A DNA stretch of 64,000 nt. Source: Patescibacteria group bacterium (lineage in GTDB: Bacteria > Patescibacteriota > Microgenomatia > UBA1400 > UBA12028). The stretch is taken from contig DATIJC010000020.1 in the NCBI GenBank assembly GCA_035479015.1, forward strand, positions 4,365 through 68,364. Direction: 5' to 3'. Shown here piece by piece: positions 41,408-49,889 of this stretch. A program made the position numbers and the translations under genes. Numbering within the stretch: the first letter of the stretch is position 1; each line of letters begins with the position of its first letter. The notes below the pieces were generated by a model. It worked only from the letters and a program-made list of their open reading frames with translations. It was not told where the DNA came from and did not search any database.

Positions 41408-41428
41408 AATCCCTTGAAAGGAAAAAAT

Positions 41429-41752
41429 ATGTCGGTTTTTAACATCGAATCCCGTGAGCAATTTATCTCAGAAGTATTCCCTGATGGCGTTCCTGCCCTA
41501 CAATCTAGAGATTACTTAAAAGAGAGTGCAATCGACTGGTCTGTTTCACGTAGCAGGTTGTTGAAGACGGCAATCAGAAATGGCGATGAGGAACAAGCAA
41601 AAACAGTTATTCGTGAGTACGCTGCCATCGTTGGTATAGACAGAGCAATACAAGTATTTCTTGAAATTTGGGGAAACGTGGTCACTGAGAACATGGAAGA
41701 TGAACCAATTGTTGAAGACTTAGATACTGGTTTCCCGCCTGCGCGGGAATGA
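41429..41752 (+). CDS. Hypothetical protein, paralog of 44618-44863
   Basis: AAAGGA before ATG 41429. Shares the SRLLK.A.R..D.E motif. Confidence 0.7.
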   Translation: MSVFNIESREQFISEVFPDGVPALQSRDYLKESAIDWSVSRSRLLKTAIRNGDEEQAKTVIREYAAIVGIDRAIQVFLEIWGNVVTENMEDEPIVEDLDTGFPPARE

Positions 41753-42766
41753 AAGATTCGATTGACGATCTAACGTAGAAAAATCTGTAACAAAGTCGTT
41801 GGCCTGGGCCTGAAAATATGCTGCAACGCCAATCATCGCCGCATTATCTGTATACAGTTTTTGTGAGTAGGGAACTAGCAGGGGAATTTTATGGGTACGA
41901 GCAACCGAACGTAGAGCATGGCGCACTTCCCTATTGGCTCCTACTCCCCCGCCCAAAATAATACTTTTCACCTCTTTATCTTTTAGCGCAAATTCAAGTT
42001 TCTCAATCAGGTGTGTGATCGCAGAAGTTTGGAATCCAAGCGCAATATCTGCTATATCTTGTTGTGTTAGTTTGTCGTATTTTTCAATGATGCGGGAAGC
42101 AGCAGTTTTTAAACCTGAAAAACTCATATTAGCGTCTTTGACTTGTCGCATTGGCACTGGAAAAGGAATTTTTCCAACTATTCCTTTGCGGGCCATCAGC
42201 TCTACTAACCTGCCAGCTGGATATCCTAAGCCCAACATGCGACCGACTTTATCAAAGGCTTCGCCCATCGCATCGTCTTGTGTCTGCCCGACGATTTCAT
42301 ACTCCCCAATTGCTTTGGCATACACAAACTCGGTATGACCTCCCGATACCAATACGGCCAATGCTGGAAATTGATCAGCCCATGGCTGACCCGCCTTGGG
42401 CGGGTTTGCAAGAAACGAAAGCAAATGTCCTTCCATATGGTTAACTGCAATCAACGGCTTGTTGTATTTAGTCGCAAGCTCTTTTGCATATGCGATACCA
42501 ATCTCTAATGCTATCGCGAGTCCAGGACCGACCGTCACGGCGATTGCGTCAAGATCGCTAAGATTTACTTTTGCTTTTTTCAATGCTTGCTCTACAACCG
42601 TCGGCAAATTTTGTTCATGCGACAAGCGGGCTAGTCTTGGCACAACACCACCATAAATCTGTAAATCAGAAACCTCGCTAAAACGTATATTTGAACGAAT
42701 AGCTAAGTTTTCGATTACTGCGGCTGCAGTATCATCAAATGAGGTGTCGACAGATAAAATAATCAT
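41720..42766 (-). CDS. tsaD: tRNA N6-threonylcarbamoyltransferase
   Basis: DTSFDD, GGVVP, GPGL, NHMEGH, VSGGHT, DDAMGEAFDK, SFSGLKT, TDNAAMI. Confidence 0.98.
   Translation of the reverse strand: MIILSVDTSFDDTAAAVIENLAIRSNIRFSEVSDLQIYGGVVPRLARLSHEQNLPTVVEQALKKAKVNLSDLDAIAVTVGPGLAIALEIGIAYAKELATKYNKPLIAVNHMEGHLLSFLANPPKAGQPWADQFPALAVLVSGGHTEFVYAKAIGEYEIVGQTQDDAMGEAFDKVGRMLGLGYPAGRLVELMARKGIVGKIPFPVPMRQVKDANMSFSGLKTAASRIIEKYDKLTQQDIADIALGFQTSAITHLIEKLEFALKDKEVKSIILGGGVGANREVRHALRSVARTHKIPLLVPYSQKLYTDNAAMIGVAAYFQAQANDFVTDFSTLDRQSNLSFPRRRETSI
42375..42404. repeat. 30-nt double-hairpin repeat (family B), in frame within tsaD
   Basis: TCAGCC-CAT-GGCTGA-CCCGCC-TTG-GGCGGG, encoding PPKAGQPWAD. Confidence 0.9.
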
Positions 42767-42774
42767 GTTTGTAG

Positions 42775-43851
42775 TTAGTCAGCCCAAGGCTGACCCGCCA
42801 TGGGCGGGTAATTAATTGTAATTTTACGTGAGAACTCCCCAGTGTCTTCTAGGGAAATCCAAATAATCTTTGCTCCTCTACAGAGTTTTTCCAATTCTAT
42901 GGCAAATCGGTCTGCCCACTCTATGGCCAGCACGCAGTTGTTTTCAATATATTTTTTGATACCAATCAGCTCCAGTTCCTTTGCTTCGCTCATCCTCCAT
43001 GTATCGATATGCACGAACAAACTTGGCCGTGACTCGCTCTCAAATCTATACTCACTTGCCATCGTGTAGGTAGGACTAACAACTGGATCCCCTATGGATA
43101 GACCTGCAGCTAAGCCCTTCACAAAGTGCGTCTTCCCAGCCCCCATCTCACCCGTGAGCGCAAAAACGATTGGGGTATATGTATAAAAGGATCGGTACTG
43201 CGTTGCCAAACTTTGCGCCGCAGCAACCGTCTCCTGTACTGAATCCGTTTCAATAATTTGTTTTTTGGCAAACTGGATTTGACCCATTCGCTGTACTTTT
43301 ATGTCATCCAAAGTTGTATCAATTACTGTAGACGGTTCATTGTGCGGCAATTCTCCTGCGTCCAAAACGAGATCAATGAGATCCTTTTGTGATCGTGAAA
43401 TTGCCGTGAAAATATCGCTAATAGTGTACGGGCGCTTTTGATTGGAGGCATTAGCCCCGGTAGCAGTTATTCCGTGTCCAAATTTAGAAATAATCTCTAA
43501 AATTAGTGGGTACTTAGGGATACGGATCCCCAGCGTACCACCAGTAATTTTGTGTGAAACTACGGTCACCGGACCTGGTAAAAACGTCTGGTAGACATTG
43601 AGTGCAGTATCATTGAGCTCCACATACTTTTGGGCCATCCGGACATCGGATACAGCCACAGAAATTGGTTTATTATTGCGCTTCCCTTTATAGTCCAAGA
43701 GTCTTTGCATCGCGGCTGGATTTTCACAATCCGCCCCTATGCCATAGGTAGTTTCGGTGGGGTACACTACAAGACCGCCAGCTTGTAATACAGCTACGAT
43801 TTTCTTAATCACTTCTTCTTTTGAGATTTTTCCCAGGTCCAGTATTTCCAT
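42775..43851 (-). CDS. TsaC (YrdC/Sua5 domain)-TsaE (P-loop ATPase) fusion
   Basis: N-part: YPTETTYGI, KGKRNNKP, PGPVT, GIRIP, PSTVID. C-part: GEMGAGKT, VVSPTY, HIDTWR, IEWAD. Confidence 0.92.
   Translation of the reverse strand: MEILDLGKISKEEVIKKIVAVLQAGGLVVYPTETTYGIGADCENPAAMQRLLDYKGKRNNKPISVAVSDVRMAQKYVELNDTALNVYQTFLPGPVTVVSHKITGGTLGIRIPKYPLILEIISKFGHGITATGANASNQKRPYTISDIFTAISRSQKDLIDLVLDAGELPHNEPSTVIDTTLDDIKVQRMGQIQFAKKQIIETDSVQETVAAAQSLATQYRSFYTYTPIVFALTGEMGAGKTHFVKGLAAGLSIGDPVVSPTYTMASEYRFESESRPSLFVHIDTWRMSEAKELELIGIKKYIENNCVLAIEWADRFAIELEKLCRGAKIIWISLEDTGEFSRKITINYPPMAGQPWAD
42779..42808. repeat. 30-nt double-hairpin repeat (family B) forming the fusion protein's C-terminus
   Basis: TCAGCC-CAA-GGCTGA-CCCGCC-ATG-GGCGGG, 28/30 identical to 42375-42404, encoding PPMAGQPWAD. 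Confidence 0.9.
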
Positions 43852-43876
43852 ACCCCTGGTATTATACCCGACTTAC

Positions 43877-44071
43877 CTACTTTTTCCGTAGAGTCTCGAC
43901 AATAGAGGGCGGCATACTGCCATACAGGGAAAGGCAACAAGTTACCAAGAAGATGAGCATCCGCTTATTGCTTAACTTTTCGGTCTTTTCCAACAAATGC
44001 GGGGCAATCTCTTTTTCCCGTCCAGGAGCGCTGTCAAAATCTTCGACGTTTTCAAATTCAGGGATTTTCAT
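43877..44071 (-). CDS. Possible small membrane protein
   Basis: 64-aa ORF with GAGGA upstream and one hydrophobic stretch, just downstream of tRNA-Val. Confidence 0.4.
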   Translation of the reverse strand: MKIPEFENVEDFDSAPGREKEIAPHLLEKTEKLSNKRMLIFLVTCCLSLYGSMPPSIVETLRKK

Positions 44072-44087
44072 TTTCTTTGTCCTCAAG

Positions 44088-44161
44088 TGGACCCGAGAGG
44101 AGTCGAACCTCTGACCTCATCAATGTGAATGATGCGCTCTAACCAACTGAGCTACGAGTCC
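44088..44161 (-). tRNA. tRNA-Val(CAC)
   Basis: Reverse complement: GGACTCG/CGGGTCC, CATCA-TT-CAC-AT-TGATG, AGAGG-TTCGACT-CCTCT, A73. Confidence 0.96.
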
Positions 44162-44181
44162 AAGAATGCTATTATATCAGG

Positions 44182-44523
44182 ATGAAGGCGGCTATTGTTG
44201 AAGATTTCCCCGATTGGAAAGAAAAGATAACCAAAGAACTAGAATCTCATGGGATTAATGTTGTGGCAAAAGCTACCACAAAGGCTCAAGGAATTCAGTT
44301 GGTTTCTCAGCTTCAAAAATTGGGTGTTCAAGTGCTCATACTCGATGGGGCACTCGATCAAAGTAGTGATGACGGAAACGAGATAGGTAAACTGTGTAAA
44401 CAAATTGCGCCCGATGTTTTACGGGTTGGGATGTCGCGATACCCAGATGGGGTGACCGAGGTGGATATTGTTGTTGGAAAAGAGAATTTAAATGAACTGG
44501 CCGAAACAATTCTCTCGTTTTAA
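44182..44523 (+). CDS. Orphan receiver-domain-like protein
   Basis: AAIVED, VLILDG, DDG.EI, VGMS, VGK pattern. Confidence 0.75.
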   Translation: MKAAIVEDFPDWKEKITKELESHGINVVAKATTKAQGIQLVSQLQKLGVQVLILDGALDQSSDDGNEIGKLCKQIAPDVLRVGMSRYPDGVTEVDIVVGKENLNELAETILSF

Positions 44524-44617
44524 GATTTTGCCATCCAAGAATGGAATTTGTCGTACAACATTCAATTTCAGGCACTCGACTCTAGGGTGAGATATAAGGA
44601 TTTCTTATAGTTCGAAA

Positions 44618-44863
44618 TTAGAGCAAGGGAGACTCATTTCCTTCCTCGTCAACAAAAGACCAGTTTTCAGTAGTCATTAATCGAGTCATCATATCCATAA
44701 CCATCTTTTCTACTAATTCTGGAGGATAATGTTCACTCATCCTCTCCATTACGGTTGAAAGCGACTCCGGGTCATGACTTCTCAAGGCGATTTTAAGTAA
44801 ACGTGATGTATCCGCTTCCCATTGAAAATTGTCCTTCCCTGGGTACCATTGTTCCTCAGCCAT
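44618..44863 (-). CDS. Hypothetical protein, paralog of 41429-41752
   Basis: AGGAG 6 nt before the ATG. W...TSRLLKIALRSHDPE. Confidence 0.7.
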   Translation of the reverse strand: MAEEQWYPGKDNFQWEADTSRLLKIALRSHDPESLSTVMERMSEHYPPELVEKMVMDMMTRLMTTENWSFVDEEGNESPLL

Positions 44864-45029
44864 ATTTTTCTCCTATTTTTGTGCATTCTATCATCCAAAC
44901 TAACAACAGCTCAACGTGCTACTCTACTGAGAGTATTTACAAGTAAAGAGGTGTTTTCTGTATTTGGCGGGATCGGGTCCACATTCCCCACCCTTGCTTT
45001 CGGCACTATACCCAGTAGAATTATTGCTT

Positions 45030-45617
45030 ATGGAAGAAACCTCAATTGCCCATCGAATTGGTGCATTTTTTTTGGACATGATCGAGACAATCGTCATCGC
45101 TCTCTCCATCTTTCTCGTCATCTACCTCTTTTTAATGCAACCTCACCAGGTGAGCGGCCTCTCTATGTTCCCAACCTACCATGATAAAGAGTACCTATTA
45201 ACTGACAAAGTTTCTTATAAATTCGGCAATCCGAAGCGTGGCGACGTGGTTGTGTTTCACGCTCCACCGGCCGCAAATTGTCCCGCCGGAACCGGTTGTG
45301 ACTTCATCAAACGCGTGATTGGTCTACCTGGCGAAACTCTAGAGATCAAAGACCACGCCTGGTACATTAATGGCAAACAGTTGCCTGAACCTTATATTCC
45401 TCCCGAGAACATATTAAATGATGGTGCCTTCACAGAAGGGCGTGCCGTCACCCTAGGACCCGATGAATATTTAGTAATAGGAGATAACCGTCCTCACAGT
45501 AGTGACGGCCGCGTCTGGGGTCCAATCACCAAAGAGGAGATTGTTGGGAGAGTATTCTTCCGTTACTTCCCATTTAATCGGGCTGGCCTTACAGCGCCCG
45601 TAACGTATCCGTTTTAG
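45030..45617 (+). CDS. lepB: Signal peptidase I
   Basis: VSGLSMFPT (Ser), FIKRVIGLPG (Lys), GDNRPHSSDGR. Start moved to ATG 45030. Confidence 0.95.
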   Translation: MEETSIAHRIGAFFLDMIETIVIALSIFLVIYLFLMQPHQVSGLSMFPTYHDKEYLLTDKVSYKFGNPKRGDVVVFHAPPAANCPAGTGCDFIKRVIGLPGETLEIKDHAWYINGKQLPEPYIPPENILNDGAFTEGRAVTLGPDEYLVIGDNRPHSSDGRVWGPITKEEIVGRVFFRYFPFNRAGLTAPVTYPF

Positions 45618-46455
45618 GTTCTTCCGGTTTTCCTATGGAAAGCAGTTTATTAAGCACTGGCTGCGTCTCTTCGGGTGAGCCTTTTAGGAGAATAGTTACG
45701 CGGGTTTGTGAGCGTGACCTGGTGAGTTTCACCAGTGACTTACTTCCAAATGAATTCTGCAGTTTTGCTTGCCACGAATCGATTTGGTCAGACACCATAA
45801 ATGCCGTCTTGTACTGTCCTGACTGCGTTTGTTTGGGTGCTGCTTGTTCCTTCATGCGCCGCGCCAAGTCTTCTGCTCGACGCACTGAGCCATCTTCACG
45901 CAATAGTGTTTTGTACGCTTCTACCATCAGCTTTGTGTCTTCTATGGCCGATAACGCACGCGCATGACCTTCTGTAATCGCCCCACTCAACAAACCATCT
46001 TTTATCGCATCGGGTAGCGTCAGCATGCGTATTGAATTAGATACATACGCCTGAGATTTTCCAATTCTCTCTGCTACCAAACCCACCGTTAATCCAAACT
46101 CATGAAGTAATCTATCAAATGCTTTTGCGCGGTCTAGCACATGTAGATTTACGCGCTGCACATTTTCAATGAGTGCCATCTCCAACATTCCTTTTGGACT
46201 GGTTTCAAGAATCATTGCCGGTACTTCTTTTAGACCAGCGAGTTTTGCTGCTCTCCAACGGCGTTCTCCCGCAATTATCTGATATCCCGCCGGCGTGTGA
46301 GCTACCACCAATGGTTCCAAGACACCATGCAGCTGAATAGATTGCATTAGGTCATCCAGTTCTTCCTTATCCATACTTGCTCGCGGCTGTAGCGGGTTTG
46401 GTTCCAAACTATTGATAGGAAGGTGTTGGATTTGTGATTGAATAGTATCTGGCAT
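45589..46455 (-). CDS. parB: ParB/Spo0J partition protein
   Basis: PNPLQPR, IIAGERRWRA, ALIENVQR, GHARAL. Start moved to ATG 46455. No adjacent parA. Confidence 0.95.
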   Translation of the reverse strand: MPDTIQSQIQHLPINSLEPNPLQPRASMDKEELDDLMQSIQLHGVLEPLVVAHTPAGYQIIAGERRWRAAKLAGLKEVPAMILETSPKGMLEMALIENVQRVNLHVLDRAKAFDRLLHEFGLTVGLVAERIGKSQAYVSNSIRMLTLPDAIKDGLLSGAITEGHARALSAIEDTKLMVEAYKTLLREDGSVRRAEDLARRMKEQAAPKQTQSGQYKTAFMVSDQIDSWQAKLQNSFGSKSLVKLTRSRSQTRVTILLKGSPEETQPVLNKLLSIGKPEEPKTDTLRAL

Positions 46456-46480
46456 AGTGTGCACACTGTACAATACAGGC

Positions 46481-47158
46481 ATGCCTTCTGCAACCCTCCG
46501 TAATTTCACGGTTTCCTACCACGATAAACTTGAGTACGATACACTGGTCAATGAGATTTTCAAAAAAAACGAATATTACGTTGATCTTGAAAACCCGGAA
46601 CCCGTAATCATTGATTGTGGAGCCCACATTGGACTGACTTCTCTCTACCTACTTTCGTTATATCCAAAGGCGAAAATCACCGCAATTGAACCTAATCCTG
46701 CAAACCTAGCACTACTTCGTGAAAACATTAGTCAAAATGGATTTGAATCTCAGGTAAACATCCTGCCCAAGGCACTCGCGAGTTTTGAGGGTAAGGTGCC
46801 TTTATTTGTCAATCCAAATTGGGGAGTTTTTTCATCTCTGAAAAAAGGCGGTTGGACCGGCGAGCATGCGCCAAATTCAGTGCCAATAGAGACTATCAAA
46901 TTCTCATCGCTTCTAGATAAACCAATTGATTTTGTCAAAATGGATATCGAGGGCCTAGAACTGGAAGTGCTACGGGAAGCAGGTCCAAAGTTGAAACTCA
47001 TTTCCCACCTAACCCTAGAATTTCATGAAACCAAAAAACAAAAAGTAGATACGCTGGTAAAACTACTCCAGCAGTTTTTTAAATCGGTAGAAGTGGAAAA
47101 GGACGATAGACGGGAGAAAGATAAAGCCAATCAGCTGTATTTAGTTACCGCACATTAA
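46481..47158 (+). CDS. FkbM-family methyltransferase
   Basis: [26 protein letters not shown]. Start moved to ATG 46481. Confidence 0.9.
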   Translation: MPSATLRNFTVSYHDKLEYDTLVNEIFKKNEYYVDLENPEPVIIDCGAHIGLTSLYLLSLYPKAKITAIEPNPANLALLRENISQNGFESQVNILPKALASFEGKVPLFVNPNWGVFSSLKKGGWTGEHAPNSVPIETIKFSSLLDKPIDFVKMDIEGLELEVLREAGPKLKLISHLTLEFHETKKQKVDTLVKLLQQFFKSVEVEKDDRREKDKANQLYLVTAH

Positions 47159-47390
47159 CGAGCGTGCGGCCGAGGCGCTTGGAGAAGGCGACTACTCCGT
47201 CCATCATGGCGAAAATTGTGTGATCACGACCCAAACCCACACCTTTTCCTGGTTTGTATTTTGTCCCATGTTGGCGGACAATAATTTGACCAGTTTTCAC
47301 GGCTTGATTCCCGGATTTCTTCAGTCCGAGTCGTTTGCCATGACGCTGATGATGTTGTCTGGTGGAACCACCAGCTTTAACGTGTGACAT
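47145..47390 (-). CDS. rpmA: 50S ribosomal protein L27
   Basis: [33 protein letters not shown]. Confidence 0.98.
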   Translation of the reverse strand: MSHVKAGGSTRQHHQRHGKRLGLKKSGNQAVKTGQIIVRQHGTKYKPGKGVGLGRDHTIFAMMDGVVAFSKRLGRTLVNVR

Positions 47391-48510
47391 ATTCTAAAAC
47401 AAATATTTGTCGTTTTACGATCGTATCTGGACGATCATACACAAATACAGAACTCGTAGTATATCCAATATCCTTTACCCTGTCAATGACGCTCTCGAGA
47501 GAAAAACGCTGTCTCCCTGTTTCCTCTATCAGAGGCAGGGCGATGCATATCTTTCCGCCGTCTTTGAGAATTTTGGTCCACTGCTTAAATGTCCCTATGT
47601 AAAGTTTTTCCAAACCTTTAAATATTCCTGGGAGTGCGCCTTTTGCTGGTGTTTGTGGTCCCAATAAGCCTTCTACGACGATTGCATCTACCTGCCCTCC
47701 AAGCTGCTCAACAGTCACATGTGTTGCATCGGCACAGAAAACTAACGCATCATTTGACAAGTGATACTCATCTTTGAGCCATTTGGTATTAGCGCTAGCC
47801 TGGTCGGCAGCTTCTTGTCGGATATCCGACCCGATTGCAGTCATATCTAGCGTCATTGCCTCCAAAAGCACTGTACCCGTTCCACACATAGGATCGTACA
47901 CACGTAAGTTGGGTTTTCCGCCGGTAGCAAGATTTAACATCATTCGTGCGAGCTTAGGTGGCAACATCCCACGTTTGCGGTCAGACTCAGGCTTGCGCCG
48001 GTCCCGCAGCGTCCATTGATCAATATTTTGCACACCTATCGTGTACGCAAAAGTGACCATATCCTCTGAGAAAACCAACCAAACCTCTTCCACGTTTTGA
48101 TGAAGCAGGACACTGGCAGACAATCCTTCACGGGGTGATTCCACAAATCTCCCACGTATATCTGACTCTGAGAGCTTTTCTTTGATAGCAGCGAGGTCCA
48201 CACTGGGGACATTTGTACGGCCAAATTCAGCGACACCAAAGGAAATCTTTGTTTGTCCCGCGGTTACTAATCCCTGCAGCACCTCTGTCACTTGGTTGAT
48301 CAAGTCACTTTCATCCAGAACGGGTATTTTTTTGACTACTTGAGCCACTTTGATGCTACCGCCTAGAGCATTCTGCAGTTCAATTGCTTCTTTATCTCCT
48401 GGTAGTTCTACCACGGCAACATTGGACAATAGTAATGTAGCAGGACACAGAGCCTGTAGCTCAGCAAACGACAGGTCGGCGAGCCGGCCTAATAAAAAGA
48501 GGAATTGCAT
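47377..48510 (-). CDS. Trm11/TrmG10-like SAM-dependent RNA methyltransferase
   Basis: [33 protein letters not shown]. Confidence 0.75.
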   Translation of the reverse strand: MQFLFLLGRLADLSFAELQALCPATLLLSNVAVVELPGDKEAIELQNALGGSIKVAQVVKKIPVLDESDLINQVTEVLQGLVTAGQTKISFGVAEFGRTNVPSVDLAAIKEKLSESDIRGRFVESPREGLSASVLLHQNVEEVWLVFSEDMVTFAYTIGVQNIDQWTLRDRRKPESDRKRGMLPPKLARMMLNLATGGKPNLRVYDPMCGTGTVLLEAMTLDMTAIGSDIRQEAADQASANTKWLKDEYHLSNDALVFCADATHVTVEQLGGQVDAIVVEGLLGPQTPAKGALPGIFKGLEKLYIGTFKQWTKILKDGGKICIALPLIEETGRQRFSLESVIDRVKDIGYTTSSVFVYDRPDTIVKRQIFVLEYVTR

Positions 48511-48516
48511 AGAAGT

Positions 48517-48828
48517 TTATTGTATCGCGGTTATCTCAATGGTGGACAGTGACTGTCGGTGACCATGAACCTTACGGAATCTTGACTTGGCTTTAAAGAC
48601 TGCGACGCGGATCTTGTCACCTTTTTCGTCAGAAATGAGTTTGGCTTCAACCTTTGCATCCTCGACTAATGGGGTTCCGATTTGGCGTTTCTCTCCATCG
48701 ACAACCAAAAGGACGTCTTTTATCGTAAGTTTCTCACCTACGTCTTGGGGCAAACGGTCGATTGTGAGCTTCTCGCCTTCAGAGACGACATGCTGTTTAC
48801 CATTAATCGCTATAACTGCGTATTTCAT
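48517..48828 (-). CDS. rplU: 50S ribosomal protein L21
   Basis: MKYAVIAINGKQHVV, IGTPLV, GHRQ. Start moved to ATG 48828. Confidence 0.97.
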   Translation of the reverse strand: MKYAVIAINGKQHVVSEGEKLTIDRLPQDVGEKLTIKDVLLVVDGEKRQIGTPLVEDAKVEAKLISDEKGDKIRVAVFKAKSRFRKVHGHRQSLSTIEITAIQ

Positions 48829-49889
48829 AGAGTGGTAGTATACCAGATCAGACGCATTGTGTGAAGCCGCATGATAAGCCCTAAACCGATACACGTAGCC
48901 AGAAAAGAGCTGCCCCCAGCTGAAAGAAGGGGCAAAGGAATTCCTGTTACGGGAAAAAGACGCATATCCATACCCGCGTGAATAATGGCTTGAAATAGAA
49001 TCGAAGTACCTATCCCAATGATAGCCAGACGTGCAAAGGGATCCAGAGATTGAGTACCTCGCAAAGCCAAAATACCCAAGAATGTATATCCCAGTAGCAC
49101 AATCGCTCCACCTACAAATCCAGTCTCTTCTACCATGGATGCAAAAAAGAAGTCAGTCTGGCGCTCTGGCAAAAACCGTAGTTGCGATTGGATACCATGC
49201 CCCAGACCCCTGCCCTCCAGTTTGCCAGAACCCACAGCGATCATTGCCTGCTGGGCATTGTAACCTGAGGAGCGTATCGCATCATTTGGATGGGCAAACG
49301 CGAGAATGCGCTGTTTTTGATAGGGATACAGCGCAAAATTCCAAATAAGAAGTACCCCCAGTGTTCCCAACACTATCCAAGGAAGTAACAAACGTAACTT
49401 TTCAATGGCAAAAAACAGAATTGATGCCGACACAGCAGTCAAAACCATCGCACTTCCAAAGTCTGGTTGCAAGAATACCGGTATGCAAAAGGCGAGCGTA
49501 AGTAGGAAATAGACAAATACCCGCCGCTGGGTACGCAACGGATACTTGCGGACGAAGTACGCCAAAAGTAGAGCTAAAGTCGGCTTGGCAAATTCAGAAG
49601 GTTGCACGGATATCTGGCCAAGGGTAAGCCAACGGACCGAGCCCTTCGCATTCCTGCCAGCAATCATGGTGAGCATGAGTAGAACGAATATGATTCCAGC
49701 CACACCGGGAGCCAGCCTCTTAAAAAACTGCGGATCCGGTATCTGCAAACCTAAAAAAACTAACCCTGAAAAAAGTGCTGCTACAGCTTGAGCTTTTACT
49801 TCGTTGCTGGCTACGCTCGCAAGCACAGTGACAGAGAATATACCGAATAATATGATGAGGATGAGTGTAAACAATACTCGAAATCTCAT
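48825..49889 (-). CDS. rodA: SEDS peptidoglycan polymerase RodA
   Basis: GSVRW, QPSEFAK, QPDFG, YQKQRI, GYNAQQA, FLPERQTDF, GIPLPLLSAGGS. Confidence 0.9.
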   Translation of the reverse strand: MRFRVLFTLILIILFGIFSVTVLASVASNEVKAQAVAALFSGLVFLGLQIPDPQFFKRLAPGVAGIIFVLLMLTMIAGRNAKGSVRWLTLGQISVQPSEFAKPTLALLLAYFVRKYPLRTQRRVFVYFLLTLAFCIPVFLQPDFGSAMVLTAVSASILFFAIEKLRLLLPWIVLGTLGVLLIWNFALYPYQKQRILAFAHPNDAIRSSGYNAQQAMIAVGSGKLEGRGLGHGIQSQLRFLPERQTDFFFASMVEETGFVGGAIVLLGYTFLGILALRGTQSLDPFARLAIIGIGTSILFQAIIHAGMDMRLFPVTGIPLPLLSAGGSSFLATCIGLGLIMRLHTMRLIWYTTTL

